From an uncultured delta proteobacterium (GTDB lineage Bacteria; Desulfobacterota; Desulfomonilia; UBA1062), in NCBI GenBank assembly GCA_963798485.1, contig CAWCTR010000022.1:64001-128000 (forward strand): 64,000 nucleotides of DNA. Direction: 5' to 3'. Below, piece after piece: positions 1 to 9,290 of this stretch (its first letter is position 1; each line of letters starts with the position of its first letter). Both the position numbers and the translations under genes were made by a program. The notes beneath the pieces were generated by a model. The model was not told the origin of the DNA. It saw only the letters and a list, made by a program, of their open reading frames with translations, and did no database searches.

Positions 1-621
1 GCTCACGTCAGCGATGATCCTTAAGATATTGTGAATGTCGGCGTTCTGGAAATCCAGGGTGATCTTTTCACCTTTGTATTTGGGAGAGGTATCAGTGTTG
101 ATGATGTTGCTCTGGAAGGCGGGTTCCGGGGAAAGGCCTTTCACATAGGGCTGTTTGGAGGGTTCAGAGTATCCCGAGGTTTGAACAGACGCCGTAACCG
201 TATCGAGAGCGACGGCCTTTACCGTTTGGACCTTGTTCTTGACCTCATCGGGGATATCGAAGTCCATGATAAGGAGCTTGTTGTCCTGGGACACAAAGTA
301 GGGGGTCATCTGCTTCATGGCGATATCAAAGACCACGTCCTCTTTGTCCTGTCTGGGAAGGATCTCCTGAATCGCTGTTGCAAACTCGGATGTGATATAA
401 GGCCGTGCAAGGCGGTTCGGGATTTTCGCCTTGTTGATCCGCAGCACCACGCTGTTGCCTTCCCGGTTCACGTCGTAGGTGGCCGGTCCATCAAGGCTGA
501 TCTGGAGCCTTGATTTGTTCTCCACATTCATGAAGTCCACACTCTTAATGGTCAATCCGAATGCACAGTACGGCATGGCCAGCAATCCGATTATGAATAC
601 TAGGATGGTATGTTTCTTCAT
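1..621 (-). CDS. pilQ: Type IV pilus secretin PilQ, N-terminal part (signal peptide and AMIN-like domains); continues beyond the window
   Basis: Not in the ORF track. Read manually from ATG at 621: MKKHTILVFIIGLLAMPYCAFGLTIKSVDFMNVENKSRLQISLDGPATYDVNREG... Lies directly after pilP in pilMNOP order; the secretin domain itself is outside the window. Confidence 0.8.
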   Translation of the reverse strand, partial: MKKHTILVFIIGLLAMPYCAFGLTIKSVDFMNVENKSRLQISLDGPATYDVNREGNSVVLRINKAKIPNRLARPYITSEFATAIQEILPRQDKEDVVFDIAMKQMTPYFVSQDNKLLIMDFDIPDEVKNKVQTVKAVALDTVTASVQTSGYSEPSKQPYVKGLSPEPAFQSNIINTDTSPKYKGEKITLDFQNADIHNILRIIADVS

Positions 622-622
622 G

Positions 623-1147
623 CTACTTTACCCCCTCTTCCTTCTTGAGAGCCAATACAACTTCTCGGGTGGTTACGCGACCCATGTAGTCTTTGAAGTG
701 TTGTTTAATGGTAATGCCGTCTTTTGCAACCTTTGTGACAATTCCATTATTTTCGCCGATAAGCGTGCCTTCGGTGATAATGTATCCCATTCCCGATGAA
801 TCCTGGATAAGGGCCCGGTTCTGTTTGGTGAGGATGATCCCGACGAGGTAAATCTGCGAAATGGATATCCTCTGGAGCGCATCCGGACCCTTATCACCAC
901 CCTGGCCTATCTCACCCGGGTTGATACCCCCGAAGGGCTGGAAAGGATCACGGACCCCGATTACTTGGTATTCCGGTTTCTTCTCTTCCTCCTGGACAAG
1001 CACCGGCGCAACCAGTTCAGCCTTCTTCTTAGTTGTGGGATGCAGGGGCTGACCTGTTGTCCCTGTCGATGGCTGATTGCAGCCGGGCAAGGCGAAGAGC
1101 ACTCCGATGAAAAGCACGATCAGGAAGGAATAGATAATTCTTTTCAT
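623..1147 (-). CDS. pilP: Type IV pilus assembly lipoprotein PilP
   Basis: Lipobox (LPGC), RDPF motif, C-terminal LVGII...ALIQD..G.GYIITEG.LIG.N.G; follows pilO. Confidence 0.9.
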   Translation of the reverse strand: MKRIIYSFLIVLFIGVLFALPGCNQPSTGTTGQPLHPTTKKKAELVAPVLVQEEEKKPEYQVIGVRDPFQPFGGINPGEIGQGGDKGPDALQRISISQIYLVGIILTKQNRALIQDSSGMGYIITEGTLIGENNGIVTKVAKDGITIKQHFKDYMGRVTTREVVLALKKEEGVK

Positions 1148-1761
1148 TTCTTCCCTCCTTTGTCTGAACCCACACCTGATGGTTCGGCCTTTGTCGTTTC
1201 AATGAACTTATAGGTAACTGCCTTGCAAGATGTGGACACCATCGTACCGCCTGCGGGGTCCTTTTTAGGGGTGCCTGTAGAGATGTCCAGGATGTTGACT
1301 ATCCTGGGCATCTTGGAGACATTGTTAAAGAAGGTGACTATGTCACGATACTTCCCCTCAACCTGGATATCCACCGGGATCTCTGCGAAAAAGTTTTTGG
1401 CGACCTCGGGCAAGGGCTTGAAAAGCTTGAACTCCAATCCCGCTGCCGTACCCAGGGAGGAGACATTTTCCAGCAGTGTCGGTATTTCGCTTTTATCAGG
1501 GAGTTGTTTCAATGCGATGTATAGCTTGGCCCTGGTTTGCTCAAGCTCGGCAAGGTACCTGGCTTTTTCCTTTACGATCACCTTTTTGGCGGCAAGCTCG
1601 GACTTGAGTTGGTTCAACTCCGGCTCGATGGTCCTGATATCACTGAGCACGGGTTTGTAGAATACCTGCCAATAGATGCCGAGGATTGCGGCCAGGATGA
1701 CCACGAGGACAAGCACCTTCAAAAGCGGCTTCTGTCGTAAGAGTATATCGATTACATTCAT
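1144..1761 (-). CDS. pilO: Type IV pilus assembly protein PilO
   Basis: N-terminal TM helix, coiled coil, QLPDKSEIPTLL and MPRIVNI motifs; operon position. Confidence 0.93.
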   Translation of the reverse strand: MNVIDILLRQKPLLKVLVLVVILAAILGIYWQVFYKPVLSDIRTIEPELNQLKSELAAKKVIVKEKARYLAELEQTRAKLYIALKQLPDKSEIPTLLENVSSLGTAAGLEFKLFKPLPEVAKNFFAEIPVDIQVEGKYRDIVTFFNNVSKMPRIVNILDISTGTPKKDPAGGTMVSTSCKAVTYKFIETTKAEPSGVGSDKGGKK

Positions 1762-1769
1762 AATCCACC

Positions 1770-2303
1770 TCAGGCTGACAACTTAATCTTGCACGTGATG
1801 GAGAACTTCTGTTTGCCCCCTTCTTGCTGAGAGAGCACAAGGGTCACATTATCGAAATGCTTGGATGCCTGAAGCTGTTTCATGAATGTGGCGATGGTCG
1901 TATTGTCCACTGCCTGACCTTCGAGCACCATGCTGTCACCATTGTTGCTCAGAGAGGTGAGCCATGCCTTATCGGGGATGATTGTGCTCAATTCGTCCAA
2001 GACTTCCACTGGTCCGGTCTTTTTGGCATTGAGGTCCTGGATTACATCGAGCTTTTTCTCCAGCTCCTGTTTTTGCTGCTTGAATTTCTCTATCTCGCCG
2101 GCTTCAGCCGTGAGCTTCTTGATCTCTACCTTTGTGGCTGCAACCTCCCTTATAAGGGATTCCCTCTGTGATACTATAGTGGTCTGGATGAACCATTCAA
2201 AGATGAGCGTGAGAACGACACAGAGGCCAATAAGGACTATATGCTCCACCAGGGCCTTCTTCCTCAGTTCCAGCCGGATGGGTAACAGATTTATCTTTAC
2301 CAT
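1770..2303 (-). CDS. pilN: Type IV pilus assembly protein PilN
   Basis: N-terminal INLLP PilM-binding motif, TM helix, coiled coil. Confidence 0.93.
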   Translation of the reverse strand: MVKINLLPIRLELRKKALVEHIVLIGLCVVLTLIFEWFIQTTIVSQRESLIREVAATKVEIKKLTAEAGEIEKFKQQKQELEKKLDVIQDLNAKKTGPVEVLDELSTIIPDKAWLTSLSNNGDSMVLEGQAVDNTTIATFMKQLQASKHFDNVTLVLSQQEGGKQKFSITCKIKLSA

Positions 2304-3355
2304 TTATAGTCGGCCCTCCTTAATGCAAGGCCCACGGCCACAGCCAACTGTGGTGCGATATAGGCCATATATTCCGGGTCAAACACCCTGTCGTCCCATT
2401 TAATATTATTAAAGGGATTGACCATCTCAACAGGGATCTCCATCTGTTTCTCCAGCAGCTTGATAAGTCCCGGTATCTTGCTGGATCCGCCACTCATGTA
2501 GATCTTCTCGATATTCTCATTGACCATGGTGGACAGGAAAAAGTCCAGTGTACGCCTTATCTCCTGGACATAGGTTTCCGACGCCATCTTAAAGATGTAG
2601 TTGATTTTCTCAAGGTCAATGCCCTCGATGTTCGCCCCGGTCTTAATGTTCTCGGCCCGTTCGTAGCTCACGCCGAATTCGCGCTGGATTCTCTCGGTAA
2701 GCTGCCTGCCACCCATGGAGATGTCGCGGGCGAAGATCGACATGCCGTCTTTAATGACGTTGATGTTGATCATGGAGGCGCCGGCATTCACGAGCGCCAC
2801 AATAGATTCCGTAGCATCCGGGTAGTTAACTTCATACATACTCTCAAGGGAGAAGACGTCGATGTCCATGAGCATGGGTTTTAAGCCTGCGTTCTTTACG
2901 GCTGAAGAGTAATCATCAACCAATTCTCTCTTGGCGGCTACGATGAGCACATCCATCATGTCGGTGCGCTCCAGGCTCTCGCCCAAGATGAAGGAATCAA
3001 AATAGACATCGTTAATATCAAAGGGTATATACTGCTCGGCCTCAATGGGGAGTGTCTGTCTGAGCTCGGCTTCGCTCTGGAGGGGAAGCTCGGCCTTTTT
3101 CACAATGACGGAATGGCCGGATATTGCAGTAGCTGCGCCGCGGGACCGGACCTTCAGGTTTTCCCTAAGGTTCTTGATGGTATCCACCACGGTCTCAGAG
3201 TCCATAATATCCTTGTCCACGATACACTCGGCAGGGATCAGGCCAAGCCCTAAGGCCTTAAGATGGTAGCCGCTCCGTGTCTTGGCTATATCCACCATCT
3301 TGATGGATTGTGAGCCGATATCCAAACCCAGCAGATTCTTTTCAAAAAACATCAC
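2297..3355 (-). CDS. pilM: Type IV pilus assembly protein PilM (actin-like fold)
   Basis: LGLDIGSQSIK, EAEQYIPF, SGGSSKIPGL, AVAVGLALR. Confidence 0.95.
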   Translation of the reverse strand: MMFFEKNLLGLDIGSQSIKMVDIAKTRSGYHLKALGLGLIPAECIVDKDIMDSETVVDTIKNLRENLKVRSRGAATAISGHSVIVKKAELPLQSEAELRQTLPIEAEQYIPFDINDVYFDSFILGESLERTDMMDVLIVAAKRELVDDYSSAVKNAGLKPMLMDIDVFSLESMYEVNYPDATESIVALVNAGASMININVIKDGMSIFARDISMGGRQLTERIQREFGVSYERAENIKTGANIEGIDLEKINYIFKMASETYVQEIRRTLDFFLSTMVNENIEKIYMSGGSSKIPGLIKLLEKQMEIPVEMVNPFNNIKWDDRVFDPEYMAYIAPQLAVAVGLALRRADYKW

Positions 3356-3367
3356 ACCACCCCGCGA

Positions 3368-3691
3368 TCAAGACTTTTTCTTTTTGAACACTACGATGGT
3401 ATCTCCGGATCTCACCAGGTTCAACTCCTTTACGATCACATGCTCGATGTATGCCATATTGTCTTTGAGCATGGTGGCTTCCCGCGTCAGCGAAGCATTT
3501 TCCGTTTCGAGCGCGGCAGTGCGGCTTTTCAGCGTAGTAAGCTCGCGATGGAGTTGATAACCTCGAATGATCCCTTTTTCGCCTGGAAGAGTGAACACGA
3601 GCAGTAACGCAATAACCAAGATCAAACCAAAGGTTAAGGAATGCGTAACTGTCATTGCGTGTATCATACTCCATTTGTAATGGGATCGCAT
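3368..3691 (-). CDS. FtsB/DivIC-family septum formation initiator
   Basis: TM helix, G..G motif, coiled coil and YIE..I.KELNLVRSGD tail typical of FtsB/DivIC; start uncertain (3691 or 3655). Confidence 0.7.
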   Translation of the reverse strand: MRSHYKWSMIHAMTVTHSLTFGLILVIALLLVFTLPGEKGIIRGYQLHRELTTLKSRTAALETENASLTREATMLKDNMAYIEHVIVKELNLVRSGDTIVVFKKKKS

Positions 3692-3723
3692 TAAAAATCA
3701 GTTCTTCCCTAAGCATAGCCTAT

Positions 3724-3751
3724 CTATCGGGAAGGGGAAAGTGAATCTTTA
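3724..3751 (-). promoter_or_regulatory. Sigma28 (FliA/SigD)-like promoter upstream of ftsB-like/pilMNOPQ
   Basis: Minus strand TAAA-N17-CCGATAG; the same geometry recurs at three other intergenic sites. Confidence 0.6.
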
Positions 3752-3844
3752 GGAAAATATCAAATTGGTAACAGGAGTTGTCAAAGACACAGGAATTTGG
3801 CTTATAGGGTTACGATCTCGTAATGAGAGTTCCCATTGTGGAGA

Positions 3845-4498
3845 TCATCGTGAGAACCGGTAATGTATCCCTGTGGCCAAACCCAGAAGAAAGCCGCCGA
3901 TATGGGAAAACCATGCCACCGAACTCTGAGAGTTCATACTTATGTATCCATTCACACCCTGGATGAAAAACCAGATGAGGATGAAGATGATGGAAGGGAC
4001 CTCGATGACCTCAAGCAGCAGGATCAATGGGATCAAGGTAAGGATACGCCCCTTGGGGTTGAGGATGAGATAGGCCCCCATAACGGCTGCAATGGCGCCC
4101 GACGCGCCCACTACCGGGACGGATGACTGGGGGTTTATTAAGGTGTGAGCATAGAAGGCGGCAAAGATTGCTACAAGATAGAAGAGTATGAAGCGAATTA
4201 CCCCAAGATTTTTTTCCAAGGGAGGGCCGAAGACTGATAAGAAGATGAGATTGCCGAGGAGATGGATGTAGCCCGAATGGATGAACCCCGAGGCAAGAAT
4301 GGCCGTGTGTATCTTCAAAAAACTGGTATTGCCTACGATGAGGTATCCGGTAATGTCGGCAGGGCTTACACGAAACATATGAAATATCTGTTCGCCGAGC
4401 CTGATCTCCTCAATGAACATAGCTAGGTTCAAGATTATAAGGCAGGCGGTAGCTGGGGCAAAACCCCTAGGGGCGCTTGTGTCCCGGACGGGGATCAT
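3845..4498 (-). CDS. Rhomboid-family intramembrane serine protease
   Basis: HLLGN, catalytic GASG and AWFSHIGG motifs; likely start MIPVRD at 4498. Confidence 0.9.
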   Translation of the reverse strand: MIPVRDTSAPRGFAPATACLIILNLAMFIEEIRLGEQIFHMFRVSPADITGYLIVGNTSFLKIHTAILASGFIHSGYIHLLGNLIFLSVFGPPLEKNLGVIRFILFYLVAIFAAFYAHTLINPQSSVPVVGASGAIAAVMGAYLILNPKGRILTLIPLILLLEVIEVPSIIFILIWFFIQGVNGYISMNSQSSVAWFSHIGGFLLGLATGIHYRFSR

Positions 4499-4611
4499 GG
4501 GTGAGGCTTTATCATGAAAAGATCCATAGGGCAAGATGGTCGAAGTGAAGAGATATTCATGTAAAGCCCTATCTTGCCGCTTCAGTACTTTATGATATAT
4601 AGGGACTTGCC

Positions 4612-4830
4612 ATGAGACAATTCGGGACCCCACTTATCTTTGCCGGCATCATAGCGATCCTTCTGGGCATCTTCTTTAGTATGGGAGGCGGCTTATCCTG
4701 GCTGGGAAGGCTGCCCGGCGATATCAGGATCGCTAGGCCGGGCTTCAACCTCTATTTTCCCATCACAACGTCCATATTCATAAGCATCATAGTCAGCCTG
4801 GCACTGTACCTTATCAGGCATTTCAGGTGA
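4612..4830 (+). CDS. DUF2905-like small membrane protein
   Basis: LGRLPGDI...FYFPITTS-type motif, two TM helices. Confidence 0.8.
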   Translation: MRQFGTPLIFAGIIAILLGIFFSMGGGLSWLGRLPGDIRIARPGFNLYFPITTSIFISIIVSLALYLIRHFR

Positions 4831-6098
4831 GTGACGTGTCTCTAGACAATTTCATAGCATGGTTTGTCCGCATGAGTTCAAAGGCCTGCTTTAGCTTTGA
4901 TGCAGGGAGGAGTGCATTTATTCCTATAGCACCTTCTCAACCGATTCATCTCTACATTCACATCCCCTTCTGTGTGCAGCTCTGCCCGTACTGCTCATTC
5001 CACCGGTTTTCTTTTGAAGAGGGTGCGGCCCGGGAATACTTTCTGGCATTGAGACAGGAGTTGCAGCTCTATGCCAATAAGGGTTTTCGTTTCTCATCGG
5101 TCTATATCGGGGGCGGCACCCCGACGGTCCTCATGGATGAGCTTTTTATAACCATCGGGCTCATCAATACCCTGTTTTCGCCCTCAGAGATCTCTGTGGA
5201 GACAAACCCGGACCGCTTGGATAAAGGGCTCCTGGCTTCTCTTGCCGATGCAGGGGTGAGAAGGGTATCGGTGGGCATCCAGAGCTTTTCCGACGATATC
5301 CTGAAGGCCATCGGGAGATATGAAAAGTACGGCAGCGGTCAGGAACTGGCCCACAAGGTCGCAGAGGCAATAGGTTTTGTAGAAACATTGAATGTGGATA
5401 TGATATACAACTTCCCCATCCAGGACTCCTCCATGCTCGAACATGACCTCAAGACTCTTCTGAAGATTCTTCCGGACCAGGTCACCTTCTATCCCCTTAT
5501 GATATCTCAGGCCACCCGCACTCAGATGGAAGGCATCATGGGCAGCGTCAGCCCTGAGATGGGGAGGTCTTTTTATGCCATGATTACCTCGGCCCTTGAA
5601 TCCGTCTATACACCGAATTCAGCGTGGTGCTTTTCCCGGGGCGGGGCGCCCATGATCGACGAATACGTGGTCGGCGGTCAGGAGTACGCAGGCGCCGGGA
5701 GCGGTGCCTTTGGCCTGGTGAATGGGGTGATGTATGCGAATACCTTTTCACTTGGGGAGTACGTGAAATCGATAAAATCCGGTAGCCTGCCCATCAAACA
5801 CGCCAAGGTCTTCTCGCGCCATGAAATGGCCCGCTACTATCTTCTCATGACCCTTTTCGGACTCAAGCTTGACCTTGATTTATTCAGACAACGTTTCGAC
5901 CATTCCGTGTGGAGGCTGCTCGGGCCGGAGATACTCTTTTTTATTCTGGCCGGGGCCCTTCGCATAACCAAAGGACAGATAAGCCTGACCAAGCGAGGGC
6001 GCTATTACTGGGTCATTATGATGAGAGAGTTCTTTACCGGTGTGGACAATTTTCGTGATGCAAGCAGGGAGGCCGCCACCCTCTGGCCAGTCACCTGA
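4827..6098 (+). CDS. HemN-like (coproporphyrinogen III oxidase family) radical SAM protein
   Basis: LYIHIPFCVQLCPYC (CxxxCxxC), YIGGGTPT, RVSVGIQSF. Confidence 0.85.
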   Translation: MSDVSLDNFIAWFVRMSSKACFSFDAGRSAFIPIAPSQPIHLYIHIPFCVQLCPYCSFHRFSFEEGAAREYFLALRQELQLYANKGFRFSSVYIGGGTPTVLMDELFITIGLINTLFSPSEISVETNPDRLDKGLLASLADAGVRRVSVGIQSFSDDILKAIGRYEKYGSGQELAHKVAEAIGFVETLNVDMIYNFPIQDSSMLEHDLKTLLKILPDQVTFYPLMISQATRTQMEGIMGSVSPEMGRSFYAMITSALESVYTPNSAWCFSRGGAPMIDEYVVGGQEYAGAGSGAFGLVNGVMYANTFSLGEYVKSIKSGSLPIKHAKVFSRHEMARYYLLMTLFGLKLDLDLFRQRFDHSVWRLLGPEILFFILAGALRITKGQISLTKRGRYYWVIMMREFFTGVDNFRDASREAATLWPVT

Positions 6099-6110
6099 AG
6101 TCAAAAGTCA

Positions 6111-7457
6111 TTAAGCCGACTCGCTGTCGAGCTTCTCGATGAGAAAATCTATCTCCCGCTTCACCTTCAGGTTCTGTGTGTACTGGGCCTCAATGGTCTC
6201 TAAAGAATGGATGACCGAGGAGTGCTTCCGGGAGAAGGCCTCGCCAATGATCTGCAGCGGCTCCTCGGTATAACGTCTGCACAGGAAGATAGCCACCTGG
6301 CGTGGATATACGATGTCCTTCTTCCGTGAAGGCGAGACAATCTTGTCTTTGGGTATGGAAAAATTCTTCGAGATGAAATCAAGGATATAGGGGATGTTTA
6401 TCCGATGCTGCTTTTCCAGCGTCCCCTCTAGGAGCTCACGGGCGAGCTCCAGGGTGATCGTACGCTTCATGAGCGAGCTCATGGCGGAAATGGTCATGAC
6501 CGCACTCTCCAAGTCCCTGATGCTGGTATGGATGGTATTGCTCATGAACTCCACCACCTCTTCAGGCATGCTTACTCCGTTCTTTTTTGCCTTGTGGCGG
6601 ACAATCTTGGCCCTCGTTGCCTTATCAGGGCGCTTGATATCGATAACGAGCCCCGAAGATAACCGTGACCTGAGTCCCTTGTCGATCTGGGGTATTGAGG
6701 TAGGGGGACGGAAGCCCGAGAGGATCACCTGCTTGCCTGCACTGATGAGGTCGTCAAGCACATGGCACAATTCAACCTGGGTCTTTTCCTTATTCTTGAA
6801 GAGGTGGACATCATCGATGAAAAAGATATCCATGTTCTGGCTGCGGTATGAGCTCTTGAAGGAGCTGAGAAAATTGTTTCTCACCGAGTGGACATAATCC
6901 TGCGTAAAGTCCCTGGCTGTCGTGTACCGCACACTGGTCCCATTGCGTAATGAAACGAACTTGTTGCCTATGGCATGGGAGATGTGGCTCTTGCCGAGAC
7001 CCACATCGGAATAAAAGTACAAGGGGTTATACCGGCGCAGATCCCCTTCTGAGACCGCAAGTGCCGCCTCATAGGCAAAGGCGTTGCATTTGCCCACTAC
7101 AAACTCGTCAAAGGTGAATTGGGCATTGAGTCCGGATGAGGCCGGGGTCGGAAGATGTGATGGCAGGCTCATCTGAATGGGACGGCCATCAACCTGTACC
7201 GGCCTCAGTTCCTGATGCTCGCTTAGAGGATTTACGCAGAACTCGACGTCTGCCGGTCTGCCGAGGTGAGACCTGACAGATGATATGATAAGGTCCTTGT
7301 AAACCCGAGAGAGGTGCCTCTGGGCAAAGACATTGGGACAGCGTACAAAGACAGTGCCATCCTCTTCACAGATATCGATCTGGTCTATGAGCGCCCTGTC
7401 CGATGCGGCATGCGACATTGAGAGTATAGATTCTTTAATAATTGCAAAATGATCCAC
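6111..7457 (-). CDS. DnaA-family replication initiator-like protein (divergent, probably a paralog)
   Basis: LN..FTFDEFVVG.CN.FAY, YNPLYFY, GLGKSH, IDDVH, LRSRL and domain IV RQVAIFL..IIGEAFSRKHSSVIHS; several canonical residues are changed. Confidence 0.85.
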   Translation of the reverse strand: MDHFAIIKESILSMSHAASDRALIDQIDICEEDGTVFVRCPNVFAQRHLSRVYKDLIISSVRSHLGRPADVEFCVNPLSEHQELRPVQVDGRPIQMSLPSHLPTPASSGLNAQFTFDEFVVGKCNAFAYEAALAVSEGDLRRYNPLYFYSDVGLGKSHISHAIGNKFVSLRNGTSVRYTTARDFTQDYVHSVRNNFLSSFKSSYRSQNMDIFFIDDVHLFKNKEKTQVELCHVLDDLISAGKQVILSGFRPPTSIPQIDKGLRSRLSSGLVIDIKRPDKATRAKIVRHKAKKNGVSMPEEVVEFMSNTIHTSIRDLESAVMTISAMSSLMKRTITLELARELLEGTLEKQHRINIPYILDFISKNFSIPKDKIVSPSRKKDIVYPRQVAIFLCRRYTEEPLQIIGEAFSRKHSSVIHSLETIEAQYTQNLKVKREIDFLIEKLDSESA

Positions 7458-7701
7458 AAAAACCCCCCAGAGAGAGAAAATTCATAATGAACGGGTGACA
7501 TAATGGGTCGAGTGAAAAAAAAGGTCAAAGGTGAAACACCCCGGTTATAGGTAGAGCGTGTTCATTTTGCGTAAATGAAAATAACGATAGTAATATTAAT
7601 AAGATATATGGAAGATTACGACATTCAGGGCATCTGGTGGCACCCGTTCAGGACTCTGGTCGCACCTGGTTCCGGAAGTCTTATCTACATTTTGTAGAAA
7701 A
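7450..7701. promoter_or_regulatory. Repeat-rich, partly AT-rich region upstream of the DnaA-like gene, with DnaA-box-like 9-mers
   Basis: TGATCCACA at 7450-7458 (overlaps the GTG start); inverted pair TTATCTACA 7681-7689 and TTTTCTACA (rc) 7693-7701; 23-bp-period direct repeats at 7624/7647/7670; AT-rich tract ~7561-7620. Confidence 0.4.
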
Positions 7702-7715
7702 CTGATGAGCTCCGA

Positions 7716-9149
7716 TTATCTTGATCTTTCTTTGAAAATTTTGAGATTACGATAGATGAGTGAATACTGCCCGGCAGGTTTTGCCCAGCTCACATCCTGT
7801 TCCATTGCATTGCTTATCATAGCATTAAGCAGGTCCCTCTCATCTTTAAAGATTCTGCATCCCTGTGAGACCGCATCGAGCAGCGCCTCCGTGCTGGGAT
7901 AGGTTACCCGCAGTCCGTTGGGTTTATCCCCTTCGCCAAGGGCAGTGACCGTATCCCGTAAGCCCCCTACACCGGTGACAATGGGGATGGTGCCATAGCG
8001 CATGCTGATCAGCTGGTTAAGCCCGCACGGTTCGAACCGGGAAGGCATGAGGAAAAAATCGGATCCCGCCTCTATGGCATGGGCCTTTGCCTCATCGAAC
8101 CCTATGAAGATGCCGACCTGTCCGCCGAGTTCTTGGTGGAGTTCCTTGAGCCTGCGTTCAAAGGCAGGGTTCCCGTTTCCGAGGATGACTATCTTGGCGC
8201 CCATGGCCGCTATCTTCGGGATGGCATCCAGTACGCAGTCGATGCCCTTCTGCTCAACGAGGCGGCTGATGAGCCCGAATACGGGGGCGTCACCACGCGC
8301 CAAGGAAAACATCTCCAGCAGTGCCCTCTTGCACTTGGCCTTGCCCGTCAAGTCCCTAGCGGAATACCCTGAAGCGATGAGGCTGTCTTCAGCCGGGTTC
8401 CAGGTATTGATATCTATACCGTTGGCAATACCGGTGAGCTTAAATGATATGGCCTTGAGGAGCCCATCGAGGCCGCTTCCGAACTCGCTTGTCTGGATCT
8501 CTTGGGCATAGGTGGGACTCACGGTGTTCACTGCATCGGCAAATACAAGCCCCGCCTTCATGATGTTTATCCTTCCATAATATTCCATGACATCAGGCTG
8601 GAATAACTCGTGAGGCAGGAAGAGCATCGACCAGAGTATGGCATCGAACAGACCCTGGTAGGCGAGGTTATGGATGGTGAACAGGCTGCCGACTTTCTCG
8701 ATGCCTGCGTCTTTCATGTAGGCCAGGACCAGCGCTGTCTGCCAGTCATTGCAGTGGACGATATCCACATCACCCATGAGCCTGATCATCTCCACACATG
8801 CCCGCGAGAAGAAGGCGAAGCGCTCGAGGTTATCGGGGTAATCGTAGCCCGCAAAGGAATACAGGCCAGTCCTGTCAGAGAACAGCGGATGCGCGATAAA
8901 GTAGGTCGTGCCGTGCGAGAAGATCTTCGCTTCCGAAATCCCGGTTCCGGTGAGGACCGCTATATCGCCATGGGGCTTCAGTGCGAGTCCCATGTTCATG
9001 ACCTCGCGGTACAGCGGCATCACTACGGAACAATCAATGCCCTGCCGGTTGAGCTCGGCAGGCAGGGCCGCGCTTACATCCGCCAGTCCCCCGGTCTTTG
9101 CATACCCAGTGACCTCGGATGAACATACCAATACCTTCATTTGAGCCAT
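7716..9149 (-). CDS. glgA: Glycogen synthase
   Basis: AKTGGLADV, HCNDWQ, FTIHNLAYQG, PSRFEPCGLNQ. Confidence 0.96.
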   Translation of the reverse strand: MAQMKVLVCSSEVTGYAKTGGLADVSAALPAELNRQGIDCSVVMPLYREVMNMGLALKPHGDIAVLTGTGISEAKIFSHGTTYFIAHPLFSDRTGLYSFAGYDYPDNLERFAFFSRACVEMIRLMGDVDIVHCNDWQTALVLAYMKDAGIEKVGSLFTIHNLAYQGLFDAILWSMLFLPHELFQPDVMEYYGRINIMKAGLVFADAVNTVSPTYAQEIQTSEFGSGLDGLLKAISFKLTGIANGIDINTWNPAEDSLIASGYSARDLTGKAKCKRALLEMFSLARGDAPVFGLISRLVEQKGIDCVLDAIPKIAAMGAKIVILGNGNPAFERRLKELHQELGGQVGIFIGFDEAKAHAIEAGSDFFLMPSRFEPCGLNQLISMRYGTIPIVTGVGGLRDTVTALGEGDKPNGLRVTYPSTEALLDAVSQGCRIFKDERDLLNAMISNAMEQDVSWAKPAGQYSLIYRNLKIFKERSR

Positions 9150-9290
9150 ATTTTATACCATACACTAAGAATGGTCAGACAGTAAAGACAAGGGAGTTAC
9201 AAAAGCCGGTGAAGAACAGATAAGCAAGAAGACAAATGATTTCTGAACGCAAGGTTTACTTTTAGCATGCTATCGGGTTAAGCTGAATTC

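Noticed and set aside
3342-3716. 124-aa ORF whose ATG lies 7 nt after the sigma28-like -10
   Set aside because: It overlaps the FtsB-like gene in another frame and has no recognisable features; probably spurious, though leaderless initiation is not excluded
3845-4498. Rhomboid as the sortase for the GGGCFI-tagged protein
   Set aside because: It is 22 kb away, looks like a generic rhomboid, and the tag lacks the TM helix that rhombosortase substrates have
7624-7692. Mini CRISPR array
   Set aside because: Only 2-3 degenerate abutting repeats, with no spacers and no cas genes
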